DNA of 62,522 bases, filler included, from Sphacelaria rigidula (taxonomy: Eukaryota), in NCBI GenBank assembly GCA_964200075.2. It is 10 parts of 10 records of this genome, joined end to end, with 100 filler letters (N's around TTAATTAATTAA, not from the genome) between each part and the next. Parts side by side here need not be neighbours in the genome. Positions count along the whole stretch, not along the records: positions 37,575 to 43,736 come from CAXNAA020021834.1; positions 43,837 to 49,998 come from CAXNAA020021835.1; 8 more parts are not named here. The stretch is one strand, 5' to 3'. The notes below the pieces were generated by a model. The model saw nothing but the letters and a program-made list of their open reading frames with translations. It had not been told where the DNA came from and ran no database searches. Below are positions 37,661 to 48,985 of this stretch, piece by piece. A program made the position numbers and the translations under genes. How positions within the stretch are numbered: position 1 is the first letter of the stretch; each line of letters starts with the position of its first letter.

Positions 37661-39162
37661 CGTCGAAAACTCAAATCTTCGACCTTGAGGCGTACGTGTC
37701 CAGAGATGTCCTCCCGGCATGTCCTTACTTAGTTGAACCTCATTTCAATCGCCAACCCCAATTTTTGTCGTGATTCTCTGTTTATAACTGATTGCAAGAA
37801 ACCGCACTATTGCACGAGCGCCAGAACTTGACATTTCGCACCATATTTGTGTATCGCGCCATTTTCATCACACTCCTATCCCCGCCCTTTCTTCGGGACG
37901 ACTCCGTGGTCTCAGTAAGGGATTGACCCATCTCTTCCCCGGCACACGCCCCGCATTTCGGCCTCGCGGATTGGACCAGCACCCCCTCACCGCGCTGACT
38001 CTCGTCAAACGAAATCAACCCAGCAAACTGTGTTTTGCTCCTCAGACGTCCTCACGATTTCAACGACCGAAATCAGATACTTTGAAGAAAAGCCTACAAC
38101 ATATATCTCAGAAATCGAACGCGCTGCTTTCACTCCAAGCGCCCCAATAGTGGTGTTAGTCGGACAGTTTGACCTCGGCAGCGTGGCGACAATGACACAC
38201 ATATATTACTGCGAAAGAAACGGCATTTGAAGCACAGCGTAGGGACTGTAAAAGAACCGTGTCCACCTGCCGTTTAATCCGTTCGACATCGAAACTTTGC
38301 CTGGGGGCGGGGCGAAGGGGGCTTTACTTCAAGGATGCATCCGCACTCTCAAAGTCGAGTCGCGGACCGGGAGCCATCATTGTTGCTTTTTTTGACGACA
38401 TTGATGATGTGTCGTACTAACATTGTCATCAGTGGATAAAATGGGCACTTCCAAGTCAAAGGGTTTAATCTTCACAATTGCTTACGTGTTCCAAGTTCTA
38501 GTCGGGCGATAATAGGCACGAATATAAGCTGGAGTAGTCGAGGATTTACCATTATTCAATTTTTACGTTTTAAGCTCTATGGTTGGTGACAAGTTCACGC
38601 AAACTTCGCTACTACTACTGTACTCGAGAAGCTGTGGAACGTCACTCACGAAGATATATTGATGGTCATTCCATGGAAGTGCATGAAACCTTTAAGGTAT
38701 GACGTGCGGCCGCTTCCAGCTAGCGGTAGCCAGTGTAACATCACGCCGTTGAATTGTGTCACGCAACAACAACATATCTCTTCGACCCCGCCTGGGAGAG
38801 TCATCTTGTCTTTTTGCAGAAGTGTTTCATCGCCAAATGGCCCACCCTAGCGGCCAAAGGAGCAAAATAAACGAAATATTGTGGGAAACGTGGCAATGTT
38901 GCCGAAGTACAGTGTGGCCCTAAAGATTATCAGCGTCTCTTGTCTCCGAGAGATATACGTGGCACCCTTTTCATAAGGTGAACACCCTAGCATTTGATTG
39001 AGAGTTAGCTTTTTGGAGGAACATATTGTTTTGTGTGTTCCATTAGTGGATGGAATACTGACATGTCTGAATGTCGAGCGTAATGGTGCCGATTCAACAG
39101 ATCGCATACCGCAGCAGTCAAAGGCTTAATACGAACGACGTTGAGGAACACGTTTAGATGTA

Positions 39163-39708
39163 CAGTAGTGGGCGGTCTCACTATTCATTTTTCGGCATTT
39201 TGCGGTTTTTTCGTAATTGACGATTTTCTTCGGCTCTTTTCGCTTGCCACCGCCTATCACATTGACGATCCGAAGATACCTGTATCCGCTCCACATTCCA
39301 CAAAAAAAATGTGTACTCAATATTGAGTGACTCACGGGCTGAACGATCATCGGGGGCCCTGCCACGTTTCAGCCCAGGTTCTTACTCTTCGGTATTTTCG
39401 GTCGATCGAGCCTGTCCCGATCATATATGTCAAGGAATGTACAGTTGTATTTTTTTGAAATTCTATCTACTCTTTGCACTAGAGCCGAAAAACTGTGTTT
39501 TACGGTCAATCACGCCCTCCTGGTAAACGAGGTATTTACTCGTATCGCCCGATAACACCAACTAAGACTGGCTTGGGCACTGTGTTTCGAGGATGATACT
39601 GTTTATTGTACCAAAATCTACCGACGCTAGCAATTTCGAGTTTTGTCGAAGAGTAGTACGCAAGGAAAACCCCAAGACACCCCTTCATAGTTAGACCGCC
39701 CACTACTG
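39163..39708. mobile_element. Tc1/pogo-like MITE
   Basis: 22-bp TIR CAGTAGTGGGCGGTCT(C/A)ACTAT with TA on both sides. A related internal sequence occurs inverted at about 54300-54745. Confidence 0.88.
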
Positions 39709-41904
39709 TAGAGTTGTTGGCTGTACGAGTATCAATAGGGAGCAGCACGTCTTGTTCAAAACTAACATTGAAACAACGAGAATGACGATATCAATTATCG
39801 AAACATTCCTCTCATCAATACGCCGCTGTAGTAACAATGTGTTCGTGAGATTGAGAGTATAGGATACGATTGAGAGTGAGAAGCAGTGAATTAATAGAGG
39901 ATTCATTCATCCCACGATGGAGGGGGGGGGGGGGATACTTCGGGCCACTTTTGCACGAAATTTCAAGTCAAATCGTCGTTGGAAGCAGCAACGGTTGTTT
40001 GAACGCGCTCGTTATAGATAGTATAGAGCCTATAACGCTCATTCATACTACTTGGCAATGTTTTTTTTTTGTCAAAGACAAGCGCACCGCGAGTGTGGCA
40101 GACCGTCTGACAAAACTATGAGCCTCTTTTTTCGTGCAATCAAGTACCCCCATCCCTATCCTAGGATGACTCAGATGAAGTACTTTTAGTTTTGGAATAT
40201 ACCACTTCGGGCCGTTTACGAGGCCCGATACGCTTTCTGTAGTAGCTTGCCATCGAAACCTTTGATATCCCTGAGTAGGTTATTGGCGTGCAGCTGTAAG
40301 CACACGGCAGTGTTACAGGCAAAGATAAGCACACACAAGATGAAAAATCGGTCGCAACGCTAGACTTTCAATCTCCGAAAACATTGTTCGCTGTACATTG
40401 GGCAGGTTGTGATTTTACGTCGCACGTAACGGGACGTACCCCAAAATTGTTCTTCCGATTAGTACGTTGAACGCGATTGTAGGGTATTTTCTTTTCCTTC
40501 AAAGTATAAATGAGCTGAAAAGCTCACTCTCAATCAATCACTAGACTCTGAATAAAATATGCGCCTATATATTGCTGGACATGGAGGACACAATTGCCGG
40601 GAAATTCATGTTGCAAATAAATGCTGCCCCCCCTGTTTTTGTCCTGGCCATTTTTGTTTCGCATGTTTTTTGTAATTTTCTTTTCAGTCTACTCTTCGTG
40701 TCTGTTTCTTCATTCTGTTTTCTTCACTTTCCTTCAACGAGCGTTTGGATTTGGTTCATTTCGGGTACGCCCATCATATGACCACGGCCGAAACCATGGG
40801 GGATCCGTTCATGTGCGACAATTAATGAATCAATTAATCAATGAACAAATCAATCAAATGCAGTATCGTATACTCTCCCAGTTGCTTTTTTTCGCGTCGA
40901 TCTGCGGGGCGTATGCCTACATCCCATCGTCGCATCGTCCATGAAGAAGGGGCCGTCGTGAGAATCATCCCGTCTGCCCAAGTGGGTACAGTATACACTC
41001 CCAACAGGGAGAGCACATTGATTGGTGGGTGCCGGCAAATGTACGATAGGAGCACTGCAACCGACCGCGATGTACTTTCAAGTAGACAAGTCGCTCGGAA
41101 AAATCAATAAACGAAGAGTGAGCGCGCGTCAACCCCCCCCCAAAAAAACAAACAAAAAAAAGCTGCTTGTAAAATGGTATAACACGCACAACAATCACAC
41201 ACCGGGCGTTCACACAAGTACAGAGGGAACACGCGTAGACTATGAAAAGCACTTCACACACACTGAGTGCAGGTGAACCCCTGGTCGGTAGTACTAGAGC
41301 TCTACGATAAAGCAACTCAGTCTGTTCGTGTCGCGCGCGCGTGTGTGGAAGTATGTACGCCTCAGAGTAGCAGCGGTAGCAGAAGTAGTAGAAGTAGTAG
41401 AAGTAGTAGCATCAACATCGGCATCAGCAGAGCGTCAGCTCCATTTGCTTTGCTTCGTTTGGTGCGGACAACCAACAACAAAAGTGACGATCGTCCCTGC
41501 TCGGGCATGCCTCCATAAATATGCAAAAAAATGAGTTCGTAGGGGGCAAAAAACATCAAACCGCATGCAACAAAAATACAAACCAAGAGCCAGGAAATAG
41601 CTATATATATATATATATCGAAATGGGCGGCTTTTTTTCTGCTGCCTGCTTTCTTGTTTTTCACCAAGAGAACGAATCAAGGGACGCCCTTGGATATAGA
41701 CCAACGTGTCTACAATGACAAGACACATGTAAATACACACGTGGGTCACATCCCTTATTCTTCCCTTCTTCACCATGCCCAAAAAGACCCGACTGAACGG
41801 TAGTGATCGTAAGCCGAGAGAGTGCGACGGTCATTGCGTATGCAGGGAGGAAACACAAGAGCATGCAACGACAGCAAGCAGCAGCAGATAGCAGCAGTGG
41901 TAGC

Positions 41905-42000
41905 TACAACAACAACAACAACAACAACAACAACGAAAGAACAAGAACAAGAACAACAACCACAACAACAGCAGCAGCAGCACAGCAGCAGCAGCAGCAG
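41905..42000. repeat. (ACA)n/(GCA)n compound microsatellite
   Basis: Direct reading. Confidence 0.9.
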
Positions 42001-42804
42001 TCGTCACTATTTTTTCTTCCCTTTGCCCTTTTCCTTTCCTTTGCCCTTCCCGCCCTTGATATCCCCCCCCGTCTGATATCAGGACGGTTTTGGGCAGTGC
42101 GGAGCGGGAAGGATAAGGGCAAATTCGGATGCACGCGGATGGGTGGATGAGTGGGCGGGACGGCGGGGGGGGGGGGGAGTTGAAACGTTGAGAGTGAGAA
42201 ATTTGTGGTGCAATCTTTGATCGACACATCCAATGATTCATCCATACATTGGTTGAGCGCACGCAAGTGATCCACTACGAGAGTGCAGTCCGAGGTCGCA
42301 AGAGAGAGGGGCACTCAACGTGAATAAACGAAAAGCAGAGACACTCGGGAGGGGGAAACTCGAGGAAACGGGCGGAATTGATTGGGAGGTGAAAAGAGAG
42401 GGGGAGAGCTCACAGAAAAAACTGACAGAATACTGACAGCAGTAGTACGAGATGGAACGAAATGCGCGTACGTGTGTGCGACGGACAGACAAGGAGAAAT
42501 ACAAAAGCGACTGATGGTACGATACGATGGAACGAGATCACTAGTTCACTTTTTCGAAATCAAGAATACTCGTGAAGGCTTGTATGTTTTTAGATACTCC
42601 GTGTCAAGAAAATACGAAAGTAGGCAACAAAACGTGAACGCCTTGCTCGACCATATATATATATATACACACACACAAGCATATATTGCATCATCATACC
42701 AAACATTATTTATAACAATTAAAATAGTGCTGACGATCATGCACACACAGATTGCGGTATGCCCTCGAGAGAAAATTCTGCAAGTTTGATGCATGGGGGG
42801 TTTG

Positions 42805-43650
42805 GGAGGGGGAGACGTGCTCATGTGTTGCTCGCCTTAGTAATTTGACCATAGGCCGCGTATCTCTTTCAAGACCGAACACCGTTCCTCCTCCTAATAG
42901 AGACACCTCCAATATTTTGGCGTTCGCTACAATTTTTCCATACATTGCCGTTTACGTATCTTACCCCCTTCCTGTTCCGCTGTTTGTGGGCACCATGTAC
43001 TTCCTCTGTCTCATAAGTCTGGGCACGTACGGGCGTTTCATCGTTTGGATATTTCGACGTTGACGATCATCCTATGGTTGGGTTCGTTTGAGAGGCAAAG
43101 CGCAGACGAAGCTGATGAAGAAAAAAAATCGAAAAAAAAAAGCTGCTTTCATCACTGAGATTATGCCGAAATATACCCCACTTTGACCCCTTTTGATCCA
43201 TTTATATCATTGACCGATTTTGGACGTTTTTACGTCGAGCACTAGCAATTACACGCTAACAAAATGTAGGATGGGGCGTACGTAGGTCAACGTCAGGACA
43301 TGGCCAAAATCCATGATGGTTTCGCGATTTTCACATTTTCTGGCCCATTTTTCGCGATTTTTCGTGTTCCCGGGTCTCTCATGCTTTCCTGGGAAAACAA
43401 GCGAAAAATGGCCGTTTCTGGACCGACCTACTTTTTCTCGGCCGCGCGGCTGTATGGGTCAAGCACCCACGTTGTAGAAACAATCTTGATTTGAGCTAAA
43501 AAAACGCCGACGAATGTAATGTAAAAAGATCGAAAATCAAGTATCACACCGTAAAGGGTCCGTGCAATCACAAGGACCTTCACTTATGGCACAGAGGAAG
43601 TATCTCCTAGTATAGCGATCATTTTCTCACTGCTACTGTATCTAATGTAC
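42805..43650 (-). mobile_element. LINE family B fragment interrupted by a MITE
   Basis: 42805-42999 and 43603-43650 are collinear with the reverse complement of 9590-9822. Confidence 0.8.
43000..43600. mobile_element. Stowaway-like MITE with TA target-site duplication
   Basis: TA|CTTCCTCTGTCTCATAAGT ... ACTTATGGCACAGAGGAAG|TA. Confidence 0.88.
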
Positions 43651-43658
43651 CAATCTCA

Positions 43659-43736
43659 GGGGGGGGGGTGTACTCATGATCATGCATGCCATAGTCATCA
43701 GACCGTTGACCTCGCATCCCTACAAAGCCGGGACGG
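43659..43736 (-). mobile_element. Family A near-consensus copy at the contig end
   Basis: G-run TGTACTCATGATCATGCATGCCATAGTCATCAGACCGTTGACCTCGCATCCCTACAAAGCCGGGACGG. Confidence 0.9.
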
Positions 43737-43836
43737 NNNNNNNNNNNNNNNNNNNNNNNNNNNNNNNNNNNNNNNNNNNNTTAATTAATTAANNNNNNNN
43801 NNNNNNNNNNNNNNNNNNNNNNNNNNNNNNNNNNNN

Positions 43837-43964
43837 CAACAAAAAAAAAAACGGACTTTAACAAAAAAAACTCCAAAGATTTCAAAAAAATGGTCGCCGG
43901 CGGCATCGGACACCGCTAAAGGTCTGTGTAAACATAAGGACCTTTACTTATGGCACAGAGGAAG
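43837..43964. mobile_element. Stowaway-like MITE terminus; the opposite terminus type is at 49754-49998
   Basis: CCTTTACTTATGGCACAGAGGAAG|TA here and TA|CTTCCTCTGTGCCATAAGTAAAGG at 49752. Confidence 0.8.
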
Positions 43965-46145
43965 TACCACAAGAAGCGGAACCGAGTGTACAACTGGACC
44001 CTTTCGTACAACAGCGCGACTAGCACCTATGCGAGGTAAGACTGGTGATGGATCCGGAAGGTGAGATCTCAATGTCGGAATGGCAACGGCAGGAAACTGC
44101 AGCACCAGTACACGGTACACGGGAAGGTGGCAAGGATAGATGACGGCACGCGGTCTGGAGGTGGTGATGCAAGGACACAAAATAAGTACGCGTAAGATAG
44201 TCCGCCATGAGTCGAATCACATACCGTTACCCGCCCCACCTGAGATATTTAACCGCTGACAGGTCCGCCTAGTTTGGTTGAACACCAGACTTCGAGGCAA
44301 CGCCAACCTTTACAACCCCACACCCCACCTCCTCTCCCTGAAACACCGTCGCGAGTCTAAATCCAGAAAAACAAACAGGTTGGAAATAACGAGCAAAGGC
44401 CCAGGATGGAGCGATGTCAGAGAGGCTACCAGGAAGCAGAGTCTTGGAAAGCCTGATGCTTCCCGAGTGGACGGGTGGTTCCACGCCCTTTGGCATCTGC
44501 ACCACCCAGCCAAGGCATCAAGTATGCCATCCCGCTCGAGCACACCATGTCCCTCTGTCGCGCAGTGATGTTCTGAACTTGTTCCTCATAGGTTTCGCAT
44601 TCCGAGAGAACTTTGACGGAGCTCAGCAAAAAGGACAAGTGTTCGACGACGGTGAACGCTTTTGAAGAGTGATGAGACGACGAAGATTGCGTGGAGTCTT
44701 CAAGTGAAGAGCTCCAGCAAGTGGCCCAGACGAGCGAACCGATGGCATTGAGCGAGCGAAACAGAGAAAAGCATTAATATTGTACGAAGGAAAGCGGGAG
44801 ACCGTTTTGTGGTGCATTACAGGAGCAAGCAGCGCTTTGTATTTGCATTTGCATTTTTTATATAGCACTGAGCAGTAGTTCAGTACTGTTTTTTTCTTTC
44901 ATTGGAACAGCTGTTCAGTATTTATTTTTTTTCTACTCTCTTCGGGTCTGTTTTCATTCGTATTTTCCCGTTGATCATGGGCTCGGTTGTATACCTCGTA
45001 TCGTTCCCGGCTTAATTTTCTCACCTTATAACGTTTGATCTTGATTTGAGGGGGGGGACCGCCTTCTCGATTTGTTTGCCTCGTTTTTTTCTGATCAGAA
45101 CTTCCTCCTTAGGCCCTCATTTTTGTTTTCTCTGTTCGGTTTTCTAGTCTGGATTCCATTTGCTCTTTTTCCCTCAACCGTTTTGGTTTCTCTTGATTTC
45201 ATAGGACCTTATCCTCTTTCTCGTGTCAGTCCTTTCTATTTTTTTAATTACTTTGAACTGTTTTCATGTTTCATGAATTGTTTTTTTCGTACTAGGGACG
45301 TGATATGTCCTTCCTAGTTTTCCTTCATGTTTCAGTTTCCTTTCTCCCCTTCTCCTTTGTTGTGGGCCTGGTTCGTTCCTCCAGCAATATTTTTCGGTTC
45401 TCTTTTCCTCTCCACCTTTTCGCGGAGTTGATCTTGCTCCGCTCTTTGTTTTTATTTCCCGGTCTTGCATTCCATGGAGATTATTTATTTCTTGGTTTTG
45501 TCAGACCTGATCCCACCCTTTGTTTCATGTACCCGGTTCGTTCATCACGTTTCTTCGTCCTCGGAGAACGCTGATCCGATTTTAGGGTGCCCCACCCCTT
45601 TCGAGTAGAGCAATTAATATCGTGGAGTAAGCATTGTACAAAAAGGGTGGGCACCGAGTACCTGCTTGGACACTGTACCATGACGGAACTGTTGATCTAA
45701 GATATAGGAGTCCCCCGGTGTCCAGTAGGTCAGTTGCTGCTGGTCGGTGAGAGAAAAGCCTGCGCACTCCCATCAACCAGTAAGCGCTTTCTTGGTTTTT
45801 TTTTAGTGTCAGCTTTTTGCGAATCCCACACTACCCAGGATTTATGTTTCCAGTGTAACTGGGATCCCGGGACGACATCGCACATGCGAAAGCACTCGCT
45901 ATGATCCGAAAGGGCGTGAGATTTTTTCCCCCCAAACGCTGAGGCCTTTTCCCTGAATACCAGGTTTGGCCCATCTTTTCATTTCATGACGAGTTTTTCC
46001 CCTGGTCATCGCTAGCCTTGAAATTCCGCGGTTTTCTCGTCGGTTTAAGGCTGATGGCATGTATTTGAGGGGATATTTTTGGTATGAAATATGTCGTGAC
46101 ACTCCCTACTTTGCATTACAGCGTACACAAAGCAAGAGAGGGGGA

Positions 46146-46560
46146 TGTGACGGCGGATATCAGTCGCTTAAATAGAAGGCGTTCTCGATGTGCGTGATAT
46201 GGGCGATAGGTCGTATTCCAGCCGTACCTTGGTCAGATCATATTCCAGTCTGGTTTTGCAGTATCGCCCCAGGCTGGTCACTCGTGTTTGGCTACCTAGC
46301 CAAGCTTAACAATAGCGTTATCAGCCACCACTTGGAGACACCTCGCTTGCAAGCAAGTCAAGAGCACCTCTCCTGCACGTGAAAGTAAGTCTGTGTTTTG
46401 CATGATGTATGCAGTGCTGGTTGAACCGAACTCTTCGGTGAGTCTCTGGTGCAGCACAATTGGTTGCCTGCAGTAACGGTTACGCTGGCCGCTGGTGTTT
46501 CACCACCCCCAGCCTATGTCCCACGAGCTTGATACGCCACCCTGAGACTCGACCACGACA
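46146..46560 (+). mobile_element. Putative LTR (TGT...ACA) between a polypurine tract and a primer-binding site
   Basis: AAGAGAGGGGGA|TGTGAC ... CACGACA|TGGTGACCAATCCGAGAA. No second LTR copy found in the window. Confidence 0.6.
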
Positions 46561-47689
46561 TGGTGACCAATCCGAGAATCGAACTCGGGTTTCCGCGAGT
46601 CATACCATGGTCGTTGGTATCGCATCATACCATGTTAATTCCCTTTTTCGCTAGTATTTTTCTTGCTCTTGAATTTTTTTCTCTTTCGCGGCCACACTGT
46701 TTTATACAAGTGATCCCTTTCCCTCATCGTCTGCATTTAGCAGTAGTAGCCCACGATGCACTATTTGCGTTTTTCTCTCCTTTCATCGACTCGATTTTTT
46801 TTTCCTTTTGCCCCCCTGTCTGCCGTATGGTACCCCTTGATTTTCTGCCGTTTTTCTCCTCTCTTTCTACATTTTCAGTTGTATTTCCTCCACTCCCCGT
46901 GGCAATTTTACTCTACAGCCATCTTCGCTATTTGTTTTTGCTACTTTCATGTTGCAAGCTACAGCCCCGCCCATCCATGGTGTTTTTTTGGCAAATATTT
47001 TGCAAGAGCAAATTCCTGATGCACGAAAGTATACCCCAGGTACATCTGTCTTGAGAAACCCACGATGGCAAACTCCAGGGACGACCACTAAGCGCAACGA
47101 AAGCCTACTCGGGATAACGGGTGAGATCGGGCATCGACAACGGCTCCACCAATCGTAGCCAATGACGGTTTGCTAGACATCTGAGAAGAGGGTGTAACCA
47201 TATATCGGGAAGGTTGTAGCGTAAGGTTAATAGGTGGGTGAATCGAAGAAACGGGATCTGGTAGGCGTTCTGCTGGGCTCTCTGGACACTGGGCTGTTCT
47301 CCACGGACCCGAAGCTGGTTCTGGCCACCATCAACGGTGAGCTACAAATACCCCTTGTTTGAGAGTACTGTACTCCATTCGCAGTAAATAAACGCCACTT
47401 TTTTTGCCGAGTAGCGTCACGTAGCTCCCCAAGTGGTAGACCCGAGACCGTCCGAACAACATCGATCAAGGTTCCGTAACAGGTGTAAGTACTGGTCATT
47501 GCGCACAGTTAACGAAGGAACGAAGGTAGGCGAAGTGTTCTCCGCAGGGGGGGGAAAGCCTACTTCATCCGACAGACCTCCAACTGGACACAGTAGCGAA
47601 TTATCGTGCTCTGTAGACCCTTATCAACGCATCCAATCTGATCGTCAGCAAGGAGACCGTTTGACAAAACAGGTGCAATCGGACCTGAG

Positions 47690-48985
47690 GGAGGGTACTC
47701 ACTCGTTGATTGCCTTAATCGTTCGACCACTGACCACGCATCCCTTTCGAGACGGAGCACCGCTCCTACTCCTAGTAGAGACACCTTCAACATTCCGGCG
47801 CGCATTACGCTTCTTCCATAACTCATTACGTTCCTTCCACACATTGCGCCAAAACCTTCACATATCTAATACATTTGACGATTTCATGCCACCTTCGTTC
47901 ACGTCCCGTATTTCCCCCTCTAGCACATCCCGTTCCTCCTTGCATAGTTCACATTGTGCCACTTCATGACTTCTGCTCTCTATTGCTTTGCCACAGCGGC
48001 AGTTCTGTCCATTTACTTCCTCCTATTTCCGACTACTAGTATACCTCTTTCTTCTTTCCGGCAGGTCCAGGTCTTGACCCGAAACCGCAGTTTCAATTTT
48101 TTTGCCGCGTTCACAGGGCCATGCAGATAGGTTTTCATTCCGATCCCCTCTCTCAACTCCCCGGTTATCTCCAGGTGTTCTTTCTCGTCTACCTCACGTC
48201 TGAGCGCTCCTTTCCCCCCCCTTATTTTTATCGTGTTGCTCACTTTTGTCTTGTACCTCGCGCCTGCAACTAGGGACAGTATTTCGTCTTGGTTCCCTCT
48301 TATCTTCTTCCATACTTTCTCGACTTCTCTATCCCACCTTATGGTATCCCCTTTCGTACTTTTCTTCCATACAGCCCTATCAACGACAGCTGGCAGTCTC
48401 GTTCTCTGCATGTTCAAGCGATATTGCCATCTGAGTTTCCTCATGCCTTCTCTTTGTTCTAAGTGAGTACATTTCCAACTCTGCTCTCAAAACTGTATTA
48501 CTCGTCGTTTTCGAGCATCCAAGTATTTTCTTAGCTACTGCTATCTGCACTGTTTCTAACTTCTTCACCAATTTCACGTTCCACTCCCATACTTCTCCTA
48601 CATATTCCAGCTGTGGTACGATCAAGTTCATCAGGACACATATCTCAATCCTGGTGTCTGGGTGCGGGTCTCTGAGGATCATGTTCATGCTTCCTATCTG
48701 TGCCTTACCCTTTTATATTAGCTTGTTCATTTGTGCACTCCAAGAACAGTGTTTCGAGATCTCCATCTATATTGGTCTAGAATCGACAGTTCCTCTCCTC
48801 CCCACTTCCACCTGAACTCCAGTGGGTTTTTCTCATTCTCGTTGCTGACAAGTATCGCGCATATTTTCACATTCGCTATTACTCTCACTCGCTGTTCGCT
48901 GTCACTCTCCATTGCCTCGTGTATTCTTGCGCCTTGTCTATCTGTTTTTGCAATCCTTCTACTGCTTCTGAAATCCGCACAAAAC
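47690..48985 (-). mobile_element. Longest family B copy: decayed LINE RT (late domains and thumb), C-terminal Cys/His domain and 3' tail
   Basis: GLQKQIDKAQEYTRQWRVTAN, WKWGGEELSILDQY, IVPQLEYVGEVW, KKILGCSKTTSNTVLRAELEM, GMKTYLHGP, KLRFRV. Frameshifted. Confidence 0.92.

Noticed and set aside
40850..41055. Rieske-like CTHLG peptide
   Set aside because: The second Rieske motif and the following Cys are absent, so it is probably chance.
41803..42314. Poly-N/Q/C/L ORFs (also 60364-60862)
   Set aside because: These are open frames through trinucleotide microsatellites.
46561..46640. Functional tRNA gene
   Set aside because: Only the 3' half is present; no D-arm or matching 5' acceptor strand, and the CCA is encoded.
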